A program made the translations under genes and the position numbers. DNA of 63,409 nucleotides, filler included, from Salisapilia sapeloensis CBS 127946 (lineage: Eukaryota; Protista; Oomycota): the NCBI GenBank assembly GCA_023334545.1. It is 11 parts of 11 records of this genome, joined end to end, with 100 filler letters (N's around TTAATTAATTAA, not from the genome) between each part and the next. Parts side by side here need not be neighbours in the genome. Positions count along the whole stretch, not along the records: positions 21,946 to 44,416 come from JAADVB010000273.1; 10 more parts are not named here. One strand, written 5' to 3'. The notes beneath the pieces were generated by a model. It ran no database searches and had not been told where the DNA came from. It was given only the letters and a program-made list of their open reading frames with translations. Of this stretch, positions 21,846 through 34,665 are shown piece by piece. Within the stretch, counting starts at the first letter, position 1. Every line of letters begins with the position of its first letter.

Positions 21846-22342
21846 NNNNNNNNNNNNNNNNNNNNNNNNNNNNNNNNNNNNNNNNNNNNTTAATTAATTA
21901 ANNNNNNNNNNNNNNNNNNNNNNNNNNNNNNNNNNNNNNNNNNNNCATTCTTCTCTTGTTTCGAGTCCAAGCTTGGAAGGGTCTCATCCAGCACAGGTCC
22001 ACCAGGAACACCAGACCAAGACAGGAAGCTTGGTAGAAGATACTTATTTCGGCCCTGACAAGTTCAGTCGCCATCACCCACAGTAGCTTTCCATCATTTC
22101 AGGATCATAGCCCTGCAACTTTAAAAGATGAACCTGTATACATCCTAGTGGATGCTGACTTCCACTTAGAAGAACGCAGAGGCAGACAATCAGCTCATTC
22201 GATCAGAGAAAACTAACACCCAGTAGACTTGTATCAGTCCTTTTTCAAAATTTTCATACGCGTTCCGCACGCAAAATGCTCATGATCTTTCTTTAATGTC
22301 AAGAAGTAGCATGTATTTCTTGTTTCGACCAGATTAAAGAAT

Positions 22343-23604
22343 CTATTGCTTCCCATTCTGCTTCTGCTCTTGCTCATTTGGGGCTCTGCCAAAGACTTCA
22401 TTCAGCTGCTGCGAGACGCGGATGAATGTCGTTCTCTATTCACACCTTTTAAAGCATGCGTATAATGCTATAAAATACAACAAAACATACCTTGCTTAGC
22501 TCCTTGAGCTTACTAGCACCAACATAAGTGCAAGTAGATCGAACACCGCCGAGGATCTCACGACACGTGTTGCCGACAGGTCCTCGATACGGTACTGTCA
22601 CGCTCTTGCCTTCACTCGCTCGATACTCGGCGACACCTCCAGCATGCTTTGTCATCGCCTCCGACGAGCTCATGCCGTAGAATCTTTTCACCTTGTTTCC
22701 ATTCGCCAGTTCGATCACTTGTCCACCACTTTCATCATGTCCAGCAAGCATGCCACCGAGCATGACAAAGTCAGCTCCGGCGCCAAACGCCTTGGCAATG
22801 TCACCTGGGCAAGTGCATCCACCATCCGAGATGACATGTCCATTCAGTCCATGAGCTGCATCCGCACATTCGAGCACAGCAGAAAGTTGAGGGTACCCGA
22901 CTCCCGTCTGTTTACGAGTTGTGCAGACACTGCCCGGACCAATGCCAACCTTGACGATATCGGCACCAGATAAAATCAACTCTTCCACCATTTCTCCCGT
23001 CACAACATTTCCAGCGATAATGGTGTGAGATGGGAATTGCTTCCGGGTACTACGTACAGCTTCGACGAAGTGTTCCGAATACCCATTGGCAACGTCGAGA
23101 CAGATAAATTGAATCGTAGGATGGTTGTTCAAGATCTACTTCTCGTCAGTATCAAGAAAGAAAAGAAAAAGAAAAAGAAAGAAAAAGGTACCTGCGCGAT
23201 ACGTTCCAAGTCCGAAGCACTGGAGCCAGCACTGACAGCGACGGTCGGCAAGACGTCCGGATGGTTCTGTGCAAACGTCCCCCACTCTTCAACACTATAG
23301 TGCTTGTGGACACACGTGATGAACTCCATTTGGCTCAACTCGATGGCCATTTCAAACGTTCCGACAGTATCCATATTCGCGGCAATCACAGGCTATTGAA
23401 CAGATAGAATGAGACTTGATGACACGTATAGAAAGGAGCTTGATAACGAGAGATACGTACCACGCCTTGCCATGTTTTCTTCGAGTTGCGAAAGTGATAC
23501 TCTCGGTGGACATCGACTTCCGATCGAGATTTTAAAGTACTTCGCTTCGGACGGATGAGGACATCTTTAAAGTCGAGACGGATCTCGTCTTCGATGCGCG
23601 GCAT
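22343..23604 (-). CDS. GMPR: GMP reductase (type 1), 4 exons, about 360 aa
   Basis: Exons 23604-23461, 23392-23192, 23135-22491, 22435-22343. [82 protein letters not shown]. Confidence 0.96.
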
Positions 23605-24212
23605 CTCTTCAACGGGGAAAGATGAGAAGTGAGATCTTGGTCTGAAGAAGTCCATTCATCGGATCTATTCGGACGCTCGTATTTAGGTTTTGTAACAAAA
23701 TGAACATGGCTTATGATATCTGAATTTGCATTCACTACGATCGGACAAGTATAGGGATTGAAGAGAGAAGTTGGTTTCATTGGAAAGCAGAGGATACGTG
23801 CATTTATAATTGTCACCTATATTTACTTTGCATATTGACAAAAGCGACGCTACCATCGACAAGCATCCCACTACTCTCCTCCGCTTTAAATGACCAACAA
23901 AAGAAAAGAAAATGGACTCAGATCTGAGTAAAATGTTGCTTTCCCATGCATCAATCCGAAGAAACCTTCTTGGCTCAAGGCATACACGAGAGGAGTTATC
24001 TCGGTCGAATATAGAATGAATAGAAGTGTTAGCTTCCAAAGTATAATAAAGCAGGAGGAGAAATAGCAGCAGGACGAACTACCTGTAATAAACTATAGAA
24101 TGCCACTGCATTTGACTGGCCTGGAGACACAAATCAACTCGATTCGAGGTTGTCTCCTGTTCGAGCTCTGCTTTGTTATTCAAGCTCATCTAGCACAGCG
24201 TCAAGTGTGGTC

Positions 24213-24851
24213 ATGTCATTCCGAGGAAGAGGAAGATCTAGCGGCGGTCGTGGCGGCTTTGGTGGCCGTGCTGCCCGTGGAGGTGGACGTGGCGGTGGCC
24301 GAGGTCGCGGTCCGCGTGAGCCAGAAGGACCTCCTTCTTACGTCGTTGGTACGTTCAATTAAAGTTGTTTTTATCTAAGAACAAATATCTAATTGCAGAT
24401 ATGAAACACAGAACTAGGAACGTTCATGCATGCTTGCGAGGACGAGATGGTCTGCCACAGCACGAACGAAAAGGTTCCGTACTTTAACGCCGGCGCGTAC
24501 CTTGAGAACAAGACTCGTATTGGCAAAGTGGATGAAATTCTTGGTTCGATCAACGACGTCATGTTCACGGTGAAACCGGACACGGGTGTCACGGCTTCGT
24601 CGTTCAAGAACGGAGACAAAGTGTTCATCAGTCCGGAGAAGCTCTTGCCAATGAGCCGATTCACAGAGCAGCCGAAGAAGCCTGCAGGTGGTCGTGGCGG
24701 TGGCCGTGGCGGTGGCCGTGGTGGCCGAGGTGCACCTGGCGGTCGTGGGGGCCGCGGCGGTGGTGGACGATTCGGAGGCCGAGGATTCGGCGGACGTGCC
24801 GGTGGAGGTCGTGGCCGAGGCTTTGGCGGCCGTGGTCGAGGCCGATTTTAA
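24213..24851 (+). CDS. GAR1: H/ACA snoRNP subunit GAR1, 2 exons
   Basis: Exons 24213-24348 and 24412-24851. RGG boxes flank the core [17 protein letters not shown]...VPYFNA...IGKVDEILG. Confidence 0.95.
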
Positions 24852-24963
24852 GATGCGGGGAAATATACTGTAGGTTTCATTTTCTATCGATGTGCATTGT
24901 GTTTGGATGGAGACAATGGGAAGAAGTGAATGGAAAAGTGTATTCGAATAGGAAATCAGTTGC

Positions 24964-25259
24964 TTAGATTTGCTCTAGACATTCGAATTGAACGATGCTG
25001 TTGCCTCGAATGACCTATGTATAGAAATGTATATGGTCAGACGAAAGTAGATACGTATAGCCTATCAAAGAGTACGCACCACCATGCCAATACGGTTGGA
25101 TTCTGTCGACGATACTTCTTCCACTGAGTCATCGAGCGTGACATTCATGAACTGATCAAAACCGCGAAGAACGCCTGTCACTTTACGGTTGCCATTGAGC
25201 TTCAAGCTCAACCGCTTGTCCATATACCGCTTGAGATCCGGGCCGACTGCTTTCACCAT
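24964..25259 (-). CDS. SNRPG: Small nuclear ribonucleoprotein G (SmG), 2 exons
   Basis: Exons 25259-25080 and 25014-24964. [33 protein letters not shown]...[12 protein letters not shown]. Confidence 0.95.
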
Positions 25260-25488
25260 GCTATTCTTGCGGTTTGCCTGTTCACCAGGGAGTCATCCTG
25301 TTTTAATAGCCGCATTATCCCATTTTATAGGCGTATAATATTACTAGTATACTAGGACAAAAGAGCTATGCGATTGGATGAAAATAGGAGAAGGATGAGT
25401 GATGGTTGGAGAAAATCTATCAAGACGATTTTTCAGTATCGAATTTCTCGAACAAATTGAAAAAGTACATCGGAAGGACACGTAGATC

Positions 25489-25926
25489 ATGAGCAATTTC
25501 TCGTCAGGACAGGATTGGGAGGTCGCCGGATGGGGCAGCCAAGGAAACTCTGCCGGCCCGAAGAGGACGCAGAACTTGAACCAAGCTCGCCGATCTGGTA
25601 ACATCTCTACAGAAGCCAAGCACAATGCCGGCACGAACCGTAGTGCCCACGCCACGTCGGGCAACATGCGCAAGCTAGAGGAGGACAACGACACGTACAA
25701 GCATGCCGAAGTGGACAAGAGTCTGTCGAAAGCTTTGCAGCAAGCTCGATTGGCAAAGGGCATGAACCAGAAGGCCTTGGCGACTGCGATTAATGAGAAG
25801 CCGCAAGTCGTGGGTGAGTACGAGTCCGGTCGTGCAATCCCGAATGGTCAGATCATTGCAAAGCTCGAACGTGCGTTGGGTACGAAGCTTCCTCGTGGTG
25901 GAAAGAAGAAGACCAAGAGCAAGTAG
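25489..25926 (+). CDS. MBF1: Multiprotein bridging factor 1
   Basis: GQDWE N-terminus, KLEEDND, and HTH ALQQARLAKGMNQKALATAINEKPQVVGEYESGRAIPN. Confidence 0.95.
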   Translation: MSNFSSGQDWEVAGWGSQGNSAGPKRTQNLNQARRSGNISTEAKHNAGTNRSAHATSGNMRKLEEDNDTYKHAEVDKSLSKALQQARLAKGMNQKALATAINEKPQVVGEYESGRAIPNGQIIAKLERALGTKLPRGGKKKTKSK

Positions 25927-27517
25927 ACGCATGTATGAATTCTGAACAAAGAAAAGAATTTAGAACATATTGATTGGGTGTTCTTTTCTTTCGCAAGGTA
26001 GACATGGAAATTTGTTGCAAGTCGTTTGCTGTGAATTTAGGCTACAGTGGATTCATTCCGACGTGGACTAAGATTGCTTACATGTAGATACTGTAGTAAT
26101 GTATTGTCTAGGCTTTTGCGTCGCTTGCGCTGAACGCTCGAAAGCCGACTGATGCTTTCACCATTGCTGCGGTTGTACCTGTTGAAACTATGCGATGAAC
26201 TTGACGATAGGAAAGCTATTCTGTTTACAGCACTGAAGAATGAGAAATGCAGAAACCAAGAGTAGGAGCATGTGCAATACCTGTTTATTTATTGTAAAAC
26301 TTGACAATTGCAAGAAGAGCTGCTTTGGGTTTCCAAGATATACAGATCATTCTGTATAACCTTTCTTCGCTTCAGCTCTCTACATTGGCACGTTACGTGA
26401 CGCGTAGGATCCCTTCCGGTGATCGTTCACTTCTATTTCTTTCATAGCTATGCGTACCAATCATATTTTTCCATCTTTCCTACTGTTTAACATGCAAAGT
26501 CGCTATCGCTTTAGCTCCCCACTTCTTCGCTTCCATAAGACCAGTACAAATTCTATTGTTCGATGACTCTTTGTTTCCATCTCTGGTTATCTTACTTGCA
26601 AATCAGCTCTCCATCTTTATTTCGACGCCTGCTAATATCGAGCACTCACTTTCCTCCATTTCCGACCCGTTCTTAAAAATGCTCGTCCTTTTATTTCATA
26701 GAATTGGAGTCGACATTTAATCAATACCGAGTCTGTAAGCGAAATGCTTCGCTTTCTCGTCCATCGTAACTCCAATATAGACGCATTACCTTACGTGTTC
26801 AGCTTTGTGCCTCCATCCAATAACCGGACGTATCCAAGATATGGGCCTGAAAACTCTAGAGAACATGCTTCCATGACTGTTGAAAAAGCAATTCTTGCAT
26901 TCATTCGCAAAGGATGGTAACATACTAACAACTAACCAACGAATCCCTCCCACATACGTATGATTGGGCTTGATAGTATTCTACTAGTGTTAATCTGTAG
27001 TAGGCTTTGTGCTATACATTGAGATAGTATCTCATTTCCACTATTCTCAATCCGGTTACCGCTGCGACCTGTACGAGTCCTATGCAAGTAAGATGCATCC
27101 GAGAAGAAGGGACTTGTAGGGAATGACTGTAAGCTACACGCTGTGCCCGGAATGTATCAAGTAGATGTTTCCATTTTATCAGCATGCCCTTTCGACTTGT
27201 TGTTCTGACGAAAGTATGGCGAACGTAGAAAGCCATCAAGCGATCCATTGAAAGGACAGAAGCCAGCAGCGTAGCAAGAGACTTCAAGATGCACGAGAGA
27301 CCGTTGAAAGTGTCTAATAATATCTTCTTCGATCCATTCCTCTCATTTTAGAACCAAATTCCTTCACCACTGCATTCTTCCAATTGCTTTCTGCACGCCA
27401 AGACGTGGTCAGCGGTCCTGGAAACCATCCTGTACGTCGATAGAAAGAATCGTTGAAACTGAAACTTGATAGAAAGACAGAACGTGTCTGGGTGCTTTAG
27501 CGTCAGTTGCGCACAGA

Positions 27518-29607
27518 ATGGAGCAAGCTCACGTCTCCGACTACTCTGAGTCTCCGGAACTTCCCCTCGACACCGATCAAGTATCGAAATCAGCCATGGC
27601 GATTACACCAACGGAGAAGTTGTTTATGCAATTAACCAAGACGATGGGCAAGAATGTCCTTGAGCAGGACTCGAGTATGCTCGAACTACTTGTCAACGCC
27701 AGGAGAGATTATATCTGTCAACTGAGAGAGATACAGCGCCTGCAGCAACGTGTACACGTACTTGAATCGAGTCAGATTGAGGAGACTGCGAGGTGGACGA
27801 AAATTCGTTTGCTCCTCCTACCTCTTCGCTCGTCGTATGGAAATGAGTAAGAATGTGCATGCTTCTTTGCAAGTAGGAGTCTAATTGCTTGTATGATGGT
27901 AGTGCAAAGGTAGCTAAGTTGACGTCATACGTGGATGAAGTGCATCAGTCTCTAGTCGAGCGTTCATCTCGAGACAAATCGTCGACGCCTACTAAGGTAG
28001 ACTCGAAACAAGTCTCTCGCAACATGCGCAAGCATGTAGAGACGAATGAAAATGAAGATATCCCGTCGAATCAGAGTGAACATGATGTAAAAGAACGAGT
28101 GCCACGGCTTGCAGAGATCGTGGAGGGCCATGAGAATGAGGAGGCAGAAACACCAGGAACTAAACTATCTCTGGAAATGGCAGTGCCCATGAAAACAGAG
28201 TTTAAGGAACCATGCCAGCCTCGTAGTCGAAAGGCTAGTGGTACTTCGAAGGCGCAAGGATCATCCTTGAAACGAACGGAAAATTTAAATCGGCAGCGTT
28301 TCCACTTTGCCGAAGCAGAGATCCAAAACTTTATGAACGCTACGGAAGACCCCAAACGTCGTCAGCGAAACTCGTTAGCTCCGCGGCATACGCCTACGTT
28401 AAATGAAAACAACGTGGAGCAAACGAAATCATCACCGAGCCTTCATAGACGCGGTACCTCTGGTGGAATGTCCGTTGCTCTGCGCCGTCAGTCCTTTACG
28501 ATCAAGCGCAGTCCATCCAAGTTACGAGCAGCAGGACTCTCTAGTCGCCGTACGAATCGTCGCAAATCGACTACAACGTTACAAGGCACCAGTTCTTTGA
28601 ATGATGTAAACTCCATAGTCCGTCGTCCATCTACGAGTCGAGCGTTGGTCCCGTCATCTTCGTCGATGTCTCTCGTTCGGACCGGGTCTCGTCGTGGTAG
28701 CACACGTCATGAAGGCTCTCCTTCGCGTCTCATCGTTCGTGTCCAAAAGAATGAATCGAGTGGCAAGTCTCAAGTCGTAATCCGCAAGTGCATGGCCAAG
28801 TACATTGCGTGGCAATGGAAAGACCGGAGCATCCGTCCGCCTGCCATTGAACGCCTCGGTCCTCATCAGCATTCCATGATGTTACGCCAACTACGCTTTG
28901 TAAAGAGTCTCATGCACGAGTTTCCATGGGCCAAGTCCCAGCTACGAGACTTGTTGTCCAAGTACACGAAGCAGACGATATCGAAAGAAGCACTGTACCC
29001 TCAACTCGCTCACTTGAGCCATCAAGTGTCCCAGGAGCTTGAAGACCGGACTCGCAAGAATCGGGACACTGCCGTTCGGAAGCAAAAGCTGACGACCAAA
29101 TTGAGCATTGCCGCTGGTGTGATCAACGAGTCTCAGTTGGTCAAGTTCGGACGTCGTGGGAAACCTCACGAGTCTCGACTTTGGTACGTGCCGAATGAAC
29201 CGAAGCGTCTGCATTGGCTGAATAAGCAAGGAGGGAAGAGTGACGAATGGTTATCTCTACATCGTGCTGCTATCGTGTATCCATATGGTGAGACTAGAGA
29301 AGAAGAGGAAGAGTTTGCAGAGGACAGAAGTGGTAGCGGCAGTCGACTGAGTGCACCATCACAATCGAAATCAAAGACGAGTCCAGTGCTTCAGAAGGCA
29401 ATTCGGAAGAAGCAGGCGACGGATCTAAAGCGTTGTGTCGTGATATCAACACCGGAGCGTACGCTCGATTTGCAATTGACAAGTGAGATGAATCGTGATT
29501 GGATGGTTGATGCATTAACGACTGCAATCGACTTTGCGAAGCAGTATCATGCGAGTGAACGACGTCAAGCTCATTTACAGCGTCAAAATGCTCAAGCGAG
29601 AAACTAA
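27518..29607 (+). CDS. Coiled-coil, Ser/Arg-rich protein with a C-terminal PH-like domain; probably one intron near 27790-27900
   Basis: Two long adjacent ORFs. The C-terminus KFGRRGKPHESRLW...RCVVISTPERTLDLQLTSEMNRDWMVDAL resembles PLC/Num1-type PH domains. Confidence 0.7.
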
Positions 29608-29809
29608 AGGTAGCATATTTCATGCTGGAAAGAATCGAGCTCGCTCAAGAACATGAGAAAACGCGAAGTAGTACTAAGAAAGCAATCTATACGAGGGAAG
29701 GCTAATACAATTGAAACCTTCTTATGTCAATACTCCTTTGTTTCCGCTACAACGTAAATACTTGGGCCGTGTTCGCGCTTAATATCAATTCAGCAGAATT
29801 GGGATTTGC

Positions 29810-30520
29810 GTGTTGTAATTTTGTTCATGACAATCGAATCGGATAGCTCTGTGTTCGTTGAGGATTGCCGATTGTGTTTTGCCACTTGCCATTGGAAGCC
29901 CAACGTACCACTTCCATATAACTTTCCCTCCCTATATCGAATGCATAAACGAGTGTTCTATACTACCAATTAAGATGCAGTTTAATTTTCTTGGTATATC
30001 TCTGTCTTCATCTTTGATGCAATCAGGAGGAAACCATCTTCGAAAAGTCTTCAAGGCCTGCCTGGTTCTCAAAGTGTGCACATTTAAAAAAGCGCGCGAA
30101 ACAGTCGCTCGACTTGGTGAGCTCTTCGCTTTACTTGCGCTAGTTAGCTCTTCGCTATTATTTCGGAACAGGCACAGTACAGTGATGGACGAAATAATTA
30201 GGCGGTAATTATGACTCGAATGGTAGTCGTTCCACTGAAATGGCGAAGAGCTCAATGCTGCAAGTAAATCGAATGCAACTTCAACCTGAAGGGCTTCCGG
30301 TGATCTACCACGATACACTCGACGCTATTCCCCGCCAGTGTATGACAAAGGAACGAACGCTATGCATGAATATGAATGGAAAGATGGGTAGCGATATAAG
30401 GGCAGGACAAACGGTCAAAGACTCAGGCACTGATCCCTGCTACAATTCATCCATGTTTGTTTTCATATCGCCTTAAATGCCTTGCATCGTCCCTGATTAT
30501 CTGCTCAGCGAACACGGCCA
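29810..30520. repeat. Degenerate dispersed repeat, copy A (internally deleted relative to copy B)
   Basis: Shares long blocks with 55330-56345, e.g. gcgcgcgaaacagtcgct..acttggtgagctcttcgctttacttgcgcta and tttgccacttgc.attggaa. Confidence 0.8.
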
Positions 30521-30693
30521 AACTTTCCAATGTATGTGCACTAAAGAGTCTTTTGTTTTACCATCAGTAAAGCTACGTACTCGCCAAACCAATTAATCAG
30601 CTAGCTCCTTTCCCGAGCAAACAATAAAAGAACAATAGTCCATGCATACTATCGTATTCATTTCGCTGCAACCTCACTTCCGTCCGCCCACGA

Positions 30694-32192
30694 TCACATG
30701 ACTAGACACCCTTTGTCCTCTTCCCCCTCTTCTCCCCCTCCTTCTTCTCCTTCTCCTTCTCCTTCACCTCCCTCTTCTCCTTTTTTCTTCCGCTGCATCA
30801 ACTCCTTCATCTTGTCAACATCCTGCGTCGTCAACACCGTTCCATTCCGCACTTCCAGCGTCTCCTTTTGCAAACCAAGTGTATTCGCCTCCACTTGCAC
30901 TTTTTTCACATCCATATTCCCGATAAACTCGACCATACTGTCATTCATGAACTTTGGATGACTTTCCAACAAGGCACACATGGCTTCCAATCCACGCACA
31001 AACCACACGAGGTCCTTGGCCGTCGGTACCGTCGGTTCGCCCTTGTCAAAGACAATCGCAGAGGGATAACTCTGATCGTTTGCTACCTCCCATTCATACT
31101 TATCAATCCCATCTAAATCATTAAACGGCATCCCAGTGTCTTCACTAAAGAGAATCGACATCTCCTTGACACCCCACACGATCTTATCTGTCTGCACCTC
31201 CACGTCTGGTGTACAACTGACTTTATGTGTCTTCCAATGATTCTTCTGACACGTCACGTTGCAGTAGAAAGTCGATTTACAACGAGTACACTTCTTCAGC
31301 TCCTGTCCGTCCTCTGCTTTCTTATCACAGAAGCCACATCGACGTAAGGACGGATCATCCAATAGAGCTAAACGTTCGCCTGGAGGAAGTACACGACGTT
31401 GTAGATCATTTCGATTAAAGAACACTGCCATGCCATGGACACTTGCATCCGGTGTCTCAGTCGCAATGACAGAGGCGAAGATACTTCCGGATGGAACGTG
31501 ATGCCGACGACTGATTGTTACGTCTTCACTCGCATCCACTTGGATCGCTTGACGCTCCGCCAAGTGTTTCCAAGGCTCCAAGCGAGCGTATCGAGCACAC
31601 GAACGATAGAAATGCTGCATGAGCTCTGGCGTTATGCCATCTCCAGACGAAAGTCCCGGACGTTCATTCACATCCGCGACACTCGCAAAGTCTTTCTGCA
31701 CCAGGTGAGAGGATAACTCTTGAATGTACGTATCAATGCCTTCCGATTCACTCAAGTAAGAGCATTCGATTTGCATGGCAGCATACGACTTTCGAAGTAG
31801 TCCGACAAAGGATTTATCAGGAAAAACGAGTTTATCTGGACGGTGCTGCGGGATACCGGACGGCGGATCCGTCATGGTTTGAAGTGTTAATTCTAGAATA
31901 CGACTAGCACTTGGGTAGACTTCTGGTGGATCACAAATGGATTTCGATAAGACCTATTTAAGACGTAAATGAGGAGTTTAGAGGAAGTAGAGAAGAGATA
32001 GACCTGTCCTTGTGGATACAAGTTGTTCACGAGTATGCAGTATGGACGACAAGGAACAGCGTCGTCTCCTTCATCGGCACCAGCACTGGAAGCAGACCAG
32101 ACACGTAGCTTACGAACGACTACTTGCCATACTTCCATTTTCGTTTGATCCAGTTTCTTCATCCGTTCGATCTGTTCACGAGATACAAGCAT
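30694..32192 (-). CDS. MYND zinc-finger protein, 2 exons (about 482 aa)
   Basis: Exons 32192-32004 and 31953-30694 join in frame. CGFCDKK...KKCTRCKSTFYCNVTCQKNHWKTHKVSC; acidic Gly/Glu tail. Confidence 0.88.
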
Positions 32193-32367
32193 CTCGGTAC
32201 TGATCTCAATATCAGCTACAGATATGCAAAAGTTATGTCACTTGTCTAATAGGATTGATATAAGAGTAAAAGAGATAGCTACCATCTCCTTCGACATCGA
32301 ATTGCGTCGGGACTCGTGGCATGTCTTCATTTTCAGAATCCGAATCCTATACACCATACCCTTAGAT

Positions 32368-33514
32368 ATGTCTGATGATAATACAAGTACTTCGAAGGAC
32401 CAAGTACCTCAAAATGGTCCCATTTGCGGTACTTGTTGCTAAGGTACTGTTCTTCCGCCATTGTTCTTATCTTTATGCACAGGAGGTAGATTTCGTACTT
32501 GATTGAAGCAAATACAATCTTGAAAGGATGGAATGATGCGACTTTTGATCCAGATACGCCCAACCAATCTGACGTTATGCCGGACTCGACAGAGACGATA
32601 GGAGGTGTAAAGAATGGCAATGGAAACAAGGTGGAAGACAGTTCCATTGTACTTGGATCCATGCTAGAAAGTGTCGAAGCACAGGTTGGTATGCTCGTGC
32701 TCATACTCTTGGACATCTGTGCTTCGATCTTTGAGACGCAGATACAGCAAAGCGAAGACTGCCGAGCGAGTATTGAAAGTGTGCTGGAAACGGCTACTAC
32801 AAATGTAGACACGCCCTCACTCTTACTACCTAATGTTTCATGGGGCATGCGGCTTGTGCAGCGACTCCTTACTTCCTTTACGAGCTTCACGATGCTATTG
32901 TTTGTAGCAGAGCTGTTTGTATTAGCAAGTGTTTTCAAAAAGATGTTCGTACATCATCTAGGCTACGTTTTGGATGTTGTCGTCCTGGTCATTATTCTCG
33001 TTGTAGAGCTTTTCCTGCAATCCAAAGGTGTGCCGCTAATATATCACCATGCACCTCATTTGAATGCTAAGCATTGATACAGTGATTCGATTACTAAGTT
33101 TCTTTCGCTTCTGGCGAATACTACGGCTCGTGAATACATTGGTCGGATATGAAAAGGAAGCACATGCAAGTACAATGCAGGAACTGGAGCAACAGCAAGC
33201 GGTAAGCTCGAATGACCTTCCAATCTTTTAATCAAAAAGATTTATCTTCAAATTATGCATAGACAATTGCTCAACTACAAGTAGACAAGAGCTCCTTGCA
33301 ATCTACGCTTCAGACAGAAGAAACCTTGTGCAATACGCTTACAGATGAGCTTCAGCTCTATAAAGACGAAGTGGATACACTTCAAGAAGCACTTCACATT
33401 GCTGCTGAAGCCTTCCCTCAAAGCGACAATCAAACTTCAACTGCCAAATCAAAGGATCCAAAACTCTCTGACGAATCCATCGATCTAGAAGACAAACCTG
33501 CCATCGCATCGTGA
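32368..33514 (+). CDS. Voltage-gated proton channel Hv1-like protein (isolated voltage-sensor domain plus coiled coil), about 4 exons
   Basis: Exons about 32490-33027, 33083-33201, 33263-33514 join in frame (first exon uncertain). S1 LILLDIC, S2 LLFVAEL, S3 YVLDVVV, S4 IRLLSFFRFWRILRLVN (RxWRxxR), then a heptad-rich tail. Confidence 0.8.
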
Positions 33515-33751
33515 TCAGGATCAGCTCGTAGATATCAATCGACCTCCATCCAAAGCACCTGATTCCACGAATATCCACCAATCCGACTCTTTCTATCCAT
33601 TTATTTCGTCCAATCTTTTTGATTATACTCTAAGCATACAAACGTCAAGTTGTCCACGGTCTATTCGATTTTCGTCCAGTCACATCACTTTCCAGTCCCC
33701 AATTCGAACGTCGGCGGGTACAGCTCCGATCTTAAAGCATTGCTACGTGCC

Positions 33752-34630
33752 ATGCGTCGATCGAATCGAAATTCGACTTCTCCATCCACTGGAGCATCGT
33801 CTCCACCACCATCCTCCTTCTTTACGTTCTCCATGCCAGATCAATTGCTCACCACGAGCACGAGCACGCCATCGAACACGGCGTCGACGGCGACGCCAGC
33901 GATCACGGAGGACTTGCAGCTATCTAGTACTGGACAGGACGCATCCCCCTCTGCCCCTCGGTCCAATACAGCTCCAGCAAGTGCCATCCAACTGACGCCA
34001 GCACAACAGCAGTGGTTCCAACAATTCGTCCAGATGCAGCAGCAGCAGCTCTCTCGAGGTGAAAACGTCCAGAATGTCATGCAGAACATGGCGCTCTTGA
34101 TGGCTCCGTTCATGGTGAACCAGCAAGAATCGACAGAGTCGAGTGAACACCATGATCAGGACGTGCTATCGTCCTTGTCTGCTGCCGATGCCATGCCAGC
34201 ACCAGAAGTCCAGCAGGAAGCGGACACTGCCAAGGGGAAGCGCAAACGAGGGAGACCGTCCACGAAAGACGTCAAGAAACCAGACACGGAGAAACCTATC
34301 AAGCAGATGCCGACGTTAAACCTCCCTGTGATGCCACCCATGCCCTTCTTCCCCGCCATGTTCGGGAATGACCAGTCGAGTGAACTCCATGACGTCGAGT
34401 CTTCGAACGAACCGAATGAGAGTAAAGAGCCAGCGAAAAAGAAAGCGCGAGGGTCTGGTCGGCCTCGAGGCCGACCGAGAACGAGACCTCGTCCAGGCGA
34501 GACGCTTCGACCGACGAAATTAGCACCTTTAGCACCGGCCAATTACCCGATGCTGTACAACTACACGTTGAACGCGATGGAGCCAAAGGAAGAGGATGTC
34601 AAGATTGGTCAGGAAGAAGGAGAAGTGTAG
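33752..34630 (+). CDS. Low-complexity protein with AT-hook motifs
   Basis: Long ORF with KRKRGRPSTK and RGSGRPRGRPRTRPRPG; Gln/Ser/Thr-rich. Start codon uncertain. Confidence 0.7.
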   Translation: MRRSNRNSTSPSTGASSPPPSSFFTFSMPDQLLTTSTSTPSNTASTATPAITEDLQLSSTGQDASPSAPRSNTAPASAIQLTPAQQQWFQQFVQMQQQQLSRGENVQNVMQNMALLMAPFMVNQQESTESSEHHDQDVLSSLSAADAMPAPEVQQEADTAKGKRKRGRPSTKDVKKPDTEKPIKQMPTLNLPVMPPMPFFPAMFGNDQSSELHDVESSNEPNESKEPAKKKARGSGRPRGRPRTRPRPGETLRPTKLAPLAPANYPMLYNYTLNAMEPKEEDVKIGQEEGEV

Positions 34631-34665
34631 TTGGCGTAATGAATGACTTTGCTTTTAAGGATAGA

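Noticed and set aside
23150-23190. Poly-purine AAAG run
   Set aside because: Pyrimidine tract inside GMPR intron 2.
24240-24845. GGTGGCCGTGGC-type repeats as an array
   Set aside because: These encode the RGG boxes of GAR1. No CRISPR-like repeat-spacer array was seen anywhere in the window.
32333-32938. 201-aa minus-strand ORF containing YRKWDHF
   Set aside because: Overlaps the Hv1-like gene, whose motifs and splice phases are much more convincing.
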